From an uncultured Candidatus Saccharibacteria bacterium (lineage in GTDB: Bacteria > Patescibacteriota > Minisyncoccia > UBA6257 > 2-01-FULL-56-20): a stretch of 64,000 nt of DNA. The stretch spans positions 42,266 to 106,265 of the forward strand of contig OZ246418.1 of assembly GCA_965231155.1 (NCBI GenBank), given 5' to 3'. How positions within the stretch are numbered: the first letter of the stretch is position 1; every line of letters begins with the position of its first letter. The notes beneath the pieces were generated by a model. That model had not been told where the DNA came from. It saw only the letters and a list, made by a program, of their open reading frames with translations, and made no database searches. The translations under genes and the position numbers were made by a program. Shown in pieces: positions 1 through 9,162 of this stretch.

Positions 1-274
1 AAACACACTTACTTTCGGAAAAATCTGGGAGGATTAAGATTTTAGCTTGATATCCACACCCCTCAGAGGCAATGGATAAATTCTCCAAGAGAGCACCGAG
101 GGCTACCCACGTTCCCCGATTTCTGTAATTCAAAATCGGATGATCCTTCTCAGGCAAGGCGAATATTTTCAATTTACTTTCCTTAAACTCAAATCGCCAT
201 GGCTGAGAGTTGCTTCCCGAGGGAGCATCCACGGCTATTTCGAGAATTTTTTTTATATCAGATACTGAGACCAT
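1..274 (-). CDS. Nitroreductase-family protein (Acg/Rv1355c C-terminal-like), truncated by window edge
   Basis: Not in the ORF track. Hand translation from ATG at 274 gives MVSVSDIKKILEIAVDAPSGSNSQPWRFEF...GALLENL; APSxxNxQPW is the nitroreductase FMN-binding motif. Confidence 0.8.
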   Translation of the reverse strand, partial: MVSVSDIKKILEIAVDAPSGSNSQPWRFEFKESKLKIFALPEKDHPILNYRNRGTWVALGALLENLSIASEGCGYQAKILILPDFSESKCV

Positions 275-295
275 TTTATCAGGCTCCAGTCTACC

Positions 296-2020
296 CTAAA
301 TTTTCCAGACGACATCATGGGCAAACTCCGCCATTTCTCGTTGACGATTTTTGATTTGTTCTTCTGTCCAGGAATCAATCTTCACGATCCTCTCAACGAG
401 TTCTTTGTTGATATGTAATTTTGATTGTTTGTACCACTCAACCTTCTTGATAAGCGATTGATTTCCCATTGAGCCATTAATTTTTTCAGAAATCAAAGTT
501 AAATTTCCTAAACTATCAACGTAGTCTTTGGTATCCTTCTTGAGCAATCCCCACTCAGTAGGGTCTTTTGGTAAGATATGCTCTATATTGACCTTAGAAA
601 AATTAATTACTTGTTCATCGCCGCCCTTAGCTCTCTCTATATTAGCCAGAATATAAACAACGAGAGCGTAGTTTTTATACTCAATATCCATAAACTTTTC
701 GATGAAGAATTCTCTATTAGGAACTTCTAGTCTGTTTTTAAACTCGCTGACTGCACTATTCACACCCGCAAGAATTCGCCCCTGGCTTCTAAGCTGTAAA
801 GATTCTTGAATTTTTCTGGCAGTCTGGAAATATAATTTCTCAACTCTATTTCCTGGTTGCTTGCAAACGGCAGAATAAACAAAATGATAATTCTCGATAG
901 TTTTAAATATTCCGCTCAAATCCATACCAATCTTCTCCCGATTTGCTAGTAAACATAATAAGAGAGGGAAGTTCTGTGTGATACCCATTACTTTAAGCCC
1001 TTGTAAGGCTTCAAATATTTTAGAACCACTCCTACGATCGCCAACTTCATCTTGCCAAACTTTAAGATTATCACTTGCTATTTTGAAATATAGATCGGAA
1101 GAATATTCTAGCTCCTTCAAGAAAGATTCTGGATCTGCAATATTCCTCTTTATTTCCCTGTAGAGATTTCTTTCTGAAACGAATGAGTACTTCGACAGCC
1201 AGTGATATCGAATGAATTTAGACACGCTCAGAGATTTTGCACTCTCGATATTGTTTTCAATATCAATCCAAGCCTCCTTTGCAGAATCAATACCTTCTTC
1301 TGTTCTATTGTGAATCTTGGAGAAAAGGTGATTTTTCAACAAGTCAGCAGCTGTTAGATCAGCTCCTCGAGCATTAACGGTTTCGAAGATAGAGTAAGCA
1401 TCATCGTCCCTATTGATCCTTATCCATATAATTCTAAGATTGGCAAGTTTTTTCTTGATCGAATCAAGGTAATTTATTTTCCTCACTCTTTCATCTATCT
1501 GTTCTAGCTCGTTGGATATTTGTTCTCTTAAGTATTCATAATTTTCTTTAACTCTCTTCTCTTCATTGCGCTTTGGACTGCTTGATAGAATTTGTGCATC
1601 TACAGACTGTATATTCTTTTCAAAAAACTTTACCAGGGTATCCCCGCATTTCAACCGATAAGTGGGTTCACCACTAATGGGATCTCTGAATTCTATTATG
1701 CTTGTCTGTGTCAGATCAGCCTTCTTCTCATCTTTTAATTCCCGATACAGATCTCTTAATACTGCGCTCAATATCGTAAAGGTAATTAAACGTTGCTGAC
1801 CATCAATGACCTCTATAAAGTTTTCCTTCTCTATAAACTCGTAATTAAAAACAAAGGAACCTAAAAAAGAGGTTTCTTCTTCTTTTAAATCATTCCAAAG
1901 ATCAGACACATGATCCTTAGTCCAAGAATATGGCCTCTGGTAGCGAGGAATTCTATATTTCTCTTTCCCAAAAAGTATATCTTGCAAACTCTTATCTTCT
2001 GCATCAAAGAAGTTTGACAT
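296..2020 (-). CDS. GmrSD-type (DUF262 + DUF1524) modification-dependent type IV restriction endonuclease
   Basis: IPRYQRPYSW, IDGQQR and FETVNARG (DUF262); NIEHILP...GNLTL...N (DUF1524 HNH-like). Start moved to MSNFF (2020), which has TATAAT just upstream. Confidence 0.88.
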   Translation of the reverse strand: MSNFFDAEDKSLQDILFGKEKYRIPRYQRPYSWTKDHVSDLWNDLKEEETSFLGSFVFNYEFIEKENFIEVIDGQQRLITFTILSAVLRDLYRELKDEKKADLTQTSIIEFRDPISGEPTYRLKCGDTLVKFFEKNIQSVDAQILSSSPKRNEEKRVKENYEYLREQISNELEQIDERVRKINYLDSIKKKLANLRIIWIRINRDDDAYSIFETVNARGADLTAADLLKNHLFSKIHNRTEEGIDSAKEAWIDIENNIESAKSLSVSKFIRYHWLSKYSFVSERNLYREIKRNIADPESFLKELEYSSDLYFKIASDNLKVWQDEVGDRRSGSKIFEALQGLKVMGITQNFPLLLCLLANREKIGMDLSGIFKTIENYHFVYSAVCKQPGNRVEKLYFQTARKIQESLQLRSQGRILAGVNSAVSEFKNRLEVPNREFFIEKFMDIEYKNYALVVYILANIERAKGGDEQVINFSKVNIEHILPKDPTEWGLLKKDTKDYVDSLGNLTLISEKINGSMGNQSLIKKVEWYKQSKLHINKELVERIVKIDSWTEEQIKNRQREMAEFAHDVVWKI

Positions 2021-2090
2021 GAGCTCAATTATATACTCTTTGAATAACAAATAACAACTTCCATCCCAATATGGAGGAAGGATACCCGAT

Positions 2091-3218
2091 CTAATCCTCA
2101 AGTCCAATAATCCCCAAAAAATTCCTCCTCTGTTCCTCTCTATCTTTTTCTGTCTCGGGCAAATGGTATTCAGGATCGAAAACTTCATCAAGATTCACTT
2201 CCATCTTCCCATTTTTCAGCTTTTCTCCAAGAGCTAGACGCTTCACCACATAAGCCACCGCCACGCCAGACAGAGTGGCGGCATCCCCTAGTTGTGGCCA
2301 AGAGTATAAAGTTCGGCCCACTTCTAAAAGCGACTGCTGCATCCGGGTCGTTACGAAGTGCTTCCCGGCGATTTTTGTCGCTAAACGAGGCAGTTCTTGC
2401 GGTGCCATCTTCTGAAACTCCTCCAACGTTAAATGACCGGCTACACCATTAAAGATTTCAAGATTCGGATCAAGATCGTATCGCTCAATATCGAAAATAA
2501 TATTGTCACCATTATCCGTAGCCATCACTACTGGGATACCGCGCTTCTTGGCCTCTATCCTCAATCTAATTTTTAGTTCTAAATTATCAAGCTCTTCAAC
2601 AAGTACATCTAAACCATCAAGAAATTCACCGATATTCTGATCCGTCACTCCCTCGGGATATACGCGTAGATCAGCATATGGATTCATCTGATACACCTGC
2701 TCAGTAACGACATCGCATTTATTCTTATTCACAAACGTAAAATCATACCGAAGACGATTTAAATTCGAACCAGAAATCACATCCGGATCAGCCAAGCGCA
2801 TGTGTTTTCCAGCACCCATCATAGCCAGGGTCAAAGCAGCGTGACTGCCCACACTCAAGCCGGCAACTCCAATCTTGAATTCATAAAACTTCTTTTGTTC
2901 TTCGGCGAGAATGATATTCCGGTTGCGCGCTGTTCGGAGCTCTTGATGCATCTCTTCTGGTAGATAATGCACAATAATTTTGTTCCAAGGAAAATAGAAC
3001 CAAACACCTAATTGTTCTAAGGGCCTACCCGCCGATTGTTCTGCTAAAAAGATTTCGAAATCAGCCTGATAGTCTTTATCAAACTTAAAACGAGGATTCC
3101 TAATCAAAAACAGTTCCTCGAGAAGTTCCCTGTATGCATCGAAAACCTGAGAAACTTCGTGAGATTTCCTAAATTGCTCCAGCGACTGTTCTTCTATGTT
3201 GATAATAATTGGCTTCAT
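2091..3218 (-). CDS. ThiF/E1-like adenylyltransferase (Rv1355c-like)
   Basis: RTARNR, GVAGLSVG, ADPD..SGSNLNR, EELD..KIRLR, WPQLG; ATGA overlap with the upstream gene places the start at 3218. Confidence 0.85.
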   Translation of the reverse strand: MKPIIINIEEQSLEQFRKSHEVSQVFDAYRELLEELFLIRNPRFKFDKDYQADFEIFLAEQSAGRPLEQLGVWFYFPWNKIIVHYLPEEMHQELRTARNRNIILAEEQKKFYEFKIGVAGLSVGSHAALTLAMMGAGKHMRLADPDVISGSNLNRLRYDFTFVNKNKCDVVTEQVYQMNPYADLRVYPEGVTDQNIGEFLDGLDVLVEELDNLELKIRLRIEAKKRGIPVVMATDNGDNIIFDIERYDLDPNLEIFNGVAGHLTLEEFQKMAPQELPRLATKIAGKHFVTTRMQQSLLEVGRTLYSWPQLGDAATLSGVAVAYVVKRLALGEKLKNGKMEVNLDEVFDPEYHLPETEKDREEQRRNFLGIIGLED

Positions 3219-4714
3219 GCTTTTTCTACCCATTTTTGTTTAATACCTGGCTTGAAATAACGACTATGTTCGGCTGGCCAGAAAACGAGATGAGGCAAGG
3301 CCCGCTCTCCAACATGTCGATATAACTCTCTGAACTCCGAGTTCTTATCTTTCATATCTTCAATAATAACCGTTAGAATCTTCTTCTCAAGTTGCTTAGT
3401 TAGCTTCTTCCCAGGTCGAAGTTCTAAGTTGAGTTCCCAGTACTGATCTTGCGAACGATCAAAACGAGTGAACATAGTCAACTTGCCTGTTAAATATTGA
3501 TTGATGGATTTCCTCAGTAATGCCTCTTTTACCACCTCCGGATATATCTGTAATCCATATATGGTGATAGAAAAATCCATCCGCTCATAGATATACACAA
3601 ACGGAAGTTTCTGCAGGTGATCACTAATCTTCGCCTTTTTTGCCTCTTTCTCGAAATCAATGCCATGAATTTTGAACTTGTCCATTATCTCACTAAACTC
3701 ATAGATTCCCCCATGATCTCCAATAGAATATCTGACCAATGGCACCGCACTATCACCAGTCAGCAAAATTTCTCCATTAGGAGCTTCAAACTTGATAAAT
3801 AGTGGATTGTACTGAGCAAGTGTCGGAGTCTTCTTTATTTTCGAAAAAATATCTTCAAAGACATTCCTCTCCTTCAGAGCGAGACGACGGATGAGGATGG
3901 AGGTTGGAGTTTCGTATCCCATTGTCCCAATATCGGCAGATCCATAAATATTCAACGTATCAAAATATGGGTCTTTCACATGAGCCTTCTTGGCCACATA
4001 GTCACGAAAATTCTCAGTAAAAGCCTCGGCTGCAAAAAGCAGTCTGAGATTTAGTTTCTTCAGATTCATCCCAGAAGCCTCTGCCTCATCGAGAACATCT
4101 TTAATAAACGGTGGGTAACCAACGAGTACTGTTTGATGGAATGAAGGCGACAGGCGACGCAAAGCCTTAATAATCTCCGCCTTATTGATACCTGTGGTAA
4201 TAATGGAAACTGGATAGTTTCCTCGCTGACTAGCCAGCTCGAATGCTTTGTATGTGATGAGTCCGGCAATCCAGACACCCATACCAAAACCCACAATCAC
4301 CAGTGTCGACTTATTCATTCTTTCTGAAGTTGCCTTCAGAAAGAATTCATGGAAGATAGAAGACTCCCAATCCAAATCATTGGAACGCAAGAAATAAAAA
4401 GGCTCCCCAGTTGAACCTGATGTCGATGTAAAAACAAATGGTTTATTAAGAGAGCCATCCCAGCACAATTTCTGAAGAGGATACTGCTGGAGATAGTTCT
4501 TCTTGCTTACAGGAGGAATATACTGAAAATCTTTGAAATGCTTGATCTTCTCGGGAGAAACTTTATGACGCTTCAAGAAGTCCTTATACGCAGGTACTCG
4601 TCGAGCCGCTTGATGGAATAAAGAAAGCGCCTTCTCTTCTCCTTGCTTCTTCCAAAATAACTCACCCTTATTTTCTAAAAAAGAGACAATCTGCTGAGCA
4701 GAGTACTCAGTCAT
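3215..4714 (-). CDS. Phenylacetate-CoA ligase-like (PaaK family) adenylate-forming enzyme
   Basis: TSTSGSTGEP P-loop, GYPPF, IYGSAD, PLVRYSIGD. Confidence 0.85.
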   Translation of the reverse strand: MTEYSAQQIVSFLENKGELFWKKQGEEKALSLFHQAARRVPAYKDFLKRHKVSPEKIKHFKDFQYIPPVSKKNYLQQYPLQKLCWDGSLNKPFVFTSTSGSTGEPFYFLRSNDLDWESSIFHEFFLKATSERMNKSTLVIVGFGMGVWIAGLITYKAFELASQRGNYPVSIITTGINKAEIIKALRRLSPSFHQTVLVGYPPFIKDVLDEAEASGMNLKKLNLRLLFAAEAFTENFRDYVAKKAHVKDPYFDTLNIYGSADIGTMGYETPTSILIRRLALKERNVFEDIFSKIKKTPTLAQYNPLFIKFEAPNGEILLTGDSAVPLVRYSIGDHGGIYEFSEIMDKFKIHGIDFEKEAKKAKISDHLQKLPFVYIYERMDFSITIYGLQIYPEVVKEALLRKSINQYLTGKLTMFTRFDRSQDQYWELNLELRPGKKLTKQLEKKILTVIIEDMKDKNSEFRELYRHVGERALPHLVFWPAEHSRYFKPGIKQKWVEKA

Positions 4715-4758
4715 ATCGACCAATTGTACCACAACTCATAAGATTGGTAAGCAGGAAT

Positions 4759-5493
4759 CTATATCCTACTAGAATCAACCAGGAAAGGCTTGAGTATAAT
4801 AGGGCTCGAAAGAAAGGCTAAGAAAATTAAGCCCACTACTCCGATTATCAGATCCAAGCCGTATAAGTGATCACCTCTTGATTCTGAATACAATAAAACA
4901 AATCTCAAAAATACATCAAAAAAACCAAGCAAACCACCAACAACAAGAAATCTAGATAGAATTTTTACTTCACGAGTTTTCCCCTTCTGAGCAAGCTGAG
5001 AAAAAATGTAGATGAAAGATCCTATACTGGCAGCTAGAAGTAGAAAAGTTAATAGGGATACCCTATAGCTAATGTCCCAGTAGAGGCCGCCCTCCGGAGT
5101 TATTACTCCCCGAGGCGCAAAGATTAGGGTAACTAGAATTAATAAAAATCCTAATAAGCCGGTCGCTATCGGACCAAAGTGAAAAGGAAATCTGGGGAAA
5201 AAGATATAATAAACTGAATAAACTCCGAGAGTTGCATGTAACACTAGAGCTACATTCGTGAGAAGCAATACATAAAAAAGACCGACCTGACTGCCGGAGA
5301 AAAGTAATGAACCAAAGCCTAGAATCCCATTTTGTAAGGCTGATAAAAAAATGAATACGCTAATGACCAAACCGATATAACTACTTTGTTGGTTCTCGGT
5401 GGATCTACGGAAAGCTTGGAAGAACCAAAAACTACAAATACTTAAACCAACAAAAAGGAGGGTGAAGGCAATCGATGTAGAGGTGATAACCAT
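4759..5493 (-). CDS. Multi-pass (~7 TM) membrane protein, sensor-like
   Basis: About seven hydrophobic segments and no cytoplasmic output domain. Confidence 0.65.
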   Translation of the reverse strand: MVITSTSIAFTLLFVGLSICSFWFFQAFRRSTENQQSSYIGLVISVFIFLSALQNGILGFGSLLFSGSQVGLFYVLLLTNVALVLHATLGVYSVYYIFFPRFPFHFGPIATGLLGFLLILVTLIFAPRGVITPEGGLYWDISYRVSLLTFLLLAASIGSFIYIFSQLAQKGKTREVKILSRFLVVGGLLGFFDVFLRFVLLYSESRGDHLYGLDLIIGVVGLIFLAFLSSPIILKPFLVDSSRI

Positions 5494-5512
5494 CAAAGGT
5501 TTCTATGGTTTA

Positions 5513-6277
5513 CTACGCTCCGCCGAATGCAACGGAACCAGAACCAAAGAATGGCTTCTTGTGTGCTTTTTTAGCGTCCTCCCAAGAAAGATCAAAAGCT
5601 TTTTTCAGGGCTTCGGCCATCTCCTGACTCTCAATCACTAACGCGAATTTGTTAACTGGCGACATAAACACAATCTTATTGTCATAGACGCTAATCTCTG
5701 GAGAAACTTTTAATGGAGCGCTATCTTTACTAACTTTCGCGAACTCATGCATGGTCGCCGTCTCTGGAAACAACATCTTCACTTTGACATTTTTCTTGGC
5801 GAGACGATCGTAGTATTTTTCTGGGACAGTTCCTCCTTCATCTTTCGCGGCATAGGCACGAATTGTTTCCAGTGAGCTCAGCGCATCTTCATACACCGTT
5901 TTCATTCCTTCGACGCCTTCGAAGAGTTGTACCTTAGGCATCAAGGAGTTCTCCTTGCCGGCTTCGAGTTTCAGTTTTGGCAAAAGTTCTCGAGCCACAC
6001 TGGCCAGTTCGGTATATTCTTTAGCGCTCCCTTCGAGATACTGGACGAGTTGTTCGGGAGAAATCGAATTGTAGACCTTCACGCCACGTCGTTCGGTAAT
6101 GCTCACCAATCCACGCTTTGATAGGGCGTCTAAAATAACATAGGTGGTGCTACGATTGATGCCCGCTTTTTTGGAGATATCGCTCACAATCGAGGAACCA
6201 AGCTTTAAAAGCGCGGTATAGACCTCCGCTTCTTTCTCGGAAAAACCTGCTTTTCGCAAAACGCCGTCGAGGTTCAT
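5513..6277 (-). CDS. TrmB-family transcriptional regulator
   Basis: GFSEKEAEVYTALL...GINRSTTYVIL..L..RGLV winged HTH; FEGVEG and EISVYDNKI in the C-terminal domain. Confidence 0.88.
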   Translation of the reverse strand: MNLDGVLRKAGFSEKEAEVYTALLKLGSSIVSDISKKAGINRSTTYVILDALSKRGLVSITERRGVKVYNSISPEQLVQYLEGSAKEYTELASVARELLPKLKLEAGKENSLMPKVQLFEGVEGMKTVYEDALSSLETIRAYAAKDEGGTVPEKYYDRLAKKNVKVKMLFPETATMHEFAKVSKDSAPLKVSPEISVYDNKIVFMSPVNKFALVIESQEMAEALKKAFDLSWEDAKKAHKKPFFGSGSVAFGGA

Positions 6278-6375
6278 AGTGTTCTTATTATACAATAACT
6301 AAATTTATAATTGTTAATAATTATAAACAACAATAATAAACCTGTCAACAAGGGGACACCCGAGTCCAGAAAAGA

Positions 6376-6804
6376 CTATCCCCTGGCCTCGTCTAAGGCC
6401 TTATTGACCATCCGATCAGCAGCTTTATTCAGCTCTCGGGGAATGTGTTTGAACGTCACGCTCTTAAAGTCTAGTCGCAAGTTCCAGATCTGCATAAAAT
6501 AGGGCTGGAGTTTCTCATCTTCGATTTTATAAATTGCATTCATCTGCTTCACGATCAACTCACTATCCATTCTGACTTCAACATCTGTTTGTTTTGCTTT
6601 TGTTTTCCCAAGAAGTGCCTTGGCTTTCTTTAACGCGAAAACCAATGCCAAGTACTCAGCTTGGTTATTCGTCATAATTCCTAAGTACTCTCCGTATTCT
6701 TTTCCACCAACTACCGCGCCCAAAGCCGCTGGCCCAGGATTACCTCGCGATCCCCCATCGGTATAGATAAGAAATTTATTTTCTGTTGGAAAAAGTGAAC
6801 TCAT
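6376..6804 (-). CDS. rnhA: Ribonuclease HI
   Basis: YTDGGSRGNPG, TNNQAEY, DSEL, HIPRELNKAAD. Confidence 0.92.
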   Translation of the reverse strand: MSSLFPTENKFLIYTDGGSRGNPGPAALGAVVGGKEYGEYLGIMTNNQAEYLALVFALKKAKALLGKTKAKQTDVEVRMDSELIVKQMNAIYKIEDEKLQPYFMQIWNLRLDFKSVTFKHIPRELNKAADRMVNKALDEARG

Positions 6805-7376
6805 TTGCCAATTAATCGTAAGAAAACCTGATATGTTGTCCGTGCATCATCAATCGCCCGGTGCGCTCGGCCACGATCAACACCAAAATAATTTGCTAAC
6901 TCTCGCAAAGAAAACCTCACTAACGACGGATCGTCCCGCAACTGCAACCAGGCCAACGCAAACGTATCTAGCGGTTTATAAAAATAGTTTCCTTCCAGGT
7001 CGTGATCCCAAAGTGCTTTTTCGAGATGAAGCATATCAACAGAAACATTGTGGCCAACAAGGATCGCGTCCTTGGTGTACCGCAGAAACTCTTCAAGCCC
7101 GGCCTTCATCTCTACTCCTTCCCGCTTCCACTCCTCCTCGTCGTAACCACTAATCTCTAAACCACTCGGATCAGCGTTCTCGATATGCTCTGGTTTAAGC
7201 TTAATGTCTCTCTCATTCAGAATCTCAAAACTACCGGCCTTGGCCTTAACAAGACCAATCTCGGTGATCTCGTGATCAAATCGAAGACCAGTAAACTCAC
7301 AATCAAAAAACACCAAATCGCGATCATGGATGAGGGGCTCGTATTCTGGCTGGATGATATCAGTTTCTTCTGGCAT
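6801..7376 (-). CDS. DEDDh 3'-5' exonuclease (DnaQ/epsilon-like)
   Basis: FDCEFTGL, VGHNVSVD, LDT, HRAIDDA; start moved to MPEET. Confidence 0.88.
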   Translation of the reverse strand: MPEETDIIQPEYEPLIHDRDLVFFDCEFTGLRFDHEITEIGLVKAKAGSFEILNERDIKLKPEHIENADPSGLEISGYDEEEWKREGVEMKAGLEEFLRYTKDAILVGHNVSVDMLHLEKALWDHDLEGNYFYKPLDTFALAWLQLRDDPSLVRFSLRELANYFGVDRGRAHRAIDDARTTYQVFLRLIGK

Positions 7377-7380
7377 AGAA

Positions 7381-9162
7381 TTAGGCAACTTCCGCCTGGT
7401 AGCACGCTTCGCAGTATACAATCTCCGGTCGATCAGGGCTATAGGAGGTCTGAAAAACATTAGAACACTGCGCTTCTCCATGAGGATGCACTGCCAAATT
7501 AAGATACACTCCTCCGTCTGAACACTTCCCGGAACACTGACAAGTCCGTGGCCATAGTTTAATCGGATTTCTTTCGGCTAAGCGTTCGTAGTGTCGACAG
7601 TTCGAACAGAGATGAGGAGCTGGTATATTCATCTGCCGATAAAACGCCAACTCAGTAGGAATAATCTTAAATACCGTTCCGCACTGATGATTGCACTGAC
7701 CTGCGTGTTCACATGAGACTGTCTGTTCGAGAATAGAGTCATCAATCTCGGTAATAGTATTCGGGAGGTTCTTTGATTGGACGGTTGCTTGGTAGTTTTT
7801 CTCTGTTGCTCCCTTCCACTTCACAGAACCGAGTTTGGCCTGCTCCTGGCTTAATGGTCGCAACTCCTGAGCCACTGTTTCGTTGTACGCAAAAGGAGAA
7901 ATCTGCGCAGGGAAAAACTCTCCGTACTTATACATACGACCACCCTGATCTACATACGGCATCGTATTCATGTGTTCGATAATCTTCGGAACCAGAGCTT
8001 CATACTCCTCTTTTGAGTATTGTTTATTCAAAATACAGTACTGTTTATTCCGTAACCCAACACACCCAAAAAGATAGGAGGAGTTGTGGCAGTTGTATGA
8101 GTACTGTACGTTGTGGCAGTTAAAAATAAATCGAGAGAAAACGGACTTGCTGCCTGGATAGATTGTCGAAATCTCATACGAGAGTTCTGATTTCAAACCA
8201 AAGTGATCACAATCAACACAATCCTTCACACTCGAATAGGCCAACCATAAATAACGGCAATCTTCGGCACCACCAAAAACATCGAACGTCATAAAACAAT
8301 TCTTGGTCTCCTCGAGATTATCACCGAGAGAGTTGATCCCTCTTAATATCCGCGCAAATTTTCGAGGATACTTCTGGGCATGGAGCTTAAACTCGGCTTT
8401 CAGTTTTTGAACAGCCTCATAGTTTCCTAAATCGAACTCCTTGATCTTCTTTTCATACTCCTCCTTTGAATACTGAACATTAAAAATGCAGTAGGATTGA
8501 TTCGAAAGATTGACGCACCCAAAACAATCATGGCAGTTTCTACAGTTCAGAAGAAAAGCAGAATTATAACAACCCTCACAGTACCGACTATAGAGAAGTT
8601 TCGAGCAGTTAATACAGTCGATCGTACTGTAGTTCCATTCACATTTCGTATCCCAGTAACAGTCGGAACATTCTTTACTCTGAAAAATAAATGCAGAGTA
8701 GTTTGTATTTTCATTAAAATCGCCACCAATAACCAAATAACAATTCTTGTTCCCTTCAGTAATGCTGCAATAGTCACTATTCACTGGATTAATATTTAGA
8801 AGGGCTATATCAGGAACCTCTCCCCAAAGTTCCTGTAGTTGAGTAAAAAATGGACGATTGAAATCGTACTCCCTAAAAAAAGTAGCGGCATCCCAAGAAT
8901 CGCTCCACCACTCCTTGTGATCGTACACTTTCTGAGAGTTGTCAGGAGAAAAAATTGAAATCACTTCCTCGGTGTGACCTGGAGCATCACATTTTCTTCG
9001 GTAGAGCGTCCTTTCATTACGGAAAGTCATTCGACGCACAAGCCGACACTCAAAACAGAAGGTTGGCGGAGGCACATCCATCTTCTTATAGAACTCGAAA
9101 TCAGCCGATTCAATCGTGAACGACTGTTTGCAGTTCTGACAGTTTTTAGTCTCTGAGTTCAT
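7381..9162 (-). CDS. Cys-rich CPR-type hypothetical protein, paralog 3
   Basis: CQNC..F.I...FYKK.VPPPT.CxxCR, Cys-periodic core, GEFFP, YCEACY. Confidence 0.85.
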   Translation of the reverse strand: MNSETKNCQNCKQSFTIESADFEFYKKMDVPPPTFCFECRLVRRMTFRNERTLYRRKCDAPGHTEEVISIFSPDNSQKVYDHKEWWSDSWDAATFFREYDFNRPFFTQLQELWGEVPDIALLNINPVNSDYCSITEGNKNCYLVIGGDFNENTNYSAFIFQSKECSDCYWDTKCEWNYSTIDCINCSKLLYSRYCEGCYNSAFLLNCRNCHDCFGCVNLSNQSYCIFNVQYSKEEYEKKIKEFDLGNYEAVQKLKAEFKLHAQKYPRKFARILRGINSLGDNLEETKNCFMTFDVFGGAEDCRYLWLAYSSVKDCVDCDHFGLKSELSYEISTIYPGSKSVFSRFIFNCHNVQYSYNCHNSSYLFGCVGLRNKQYCILNKQYSKEEYEALVPKIIEHMNTMPYVDQGGRMYKYGEFFPAQISPFAYNETVAQELRPLSQEQAKLGSVKWKGATEKNYQATVQSKNLPNTITEIDDSILEQTVSCEHAGQCNHQCGTVFKIIPTELAFYRQMNIPAPHLCSNCRHYERLAERNPIKLWPRTCQCSGKCSDGGVYLNLAVHPHGEAQCSNVFQTSYSPDRPEIVYCEACYQAEVA

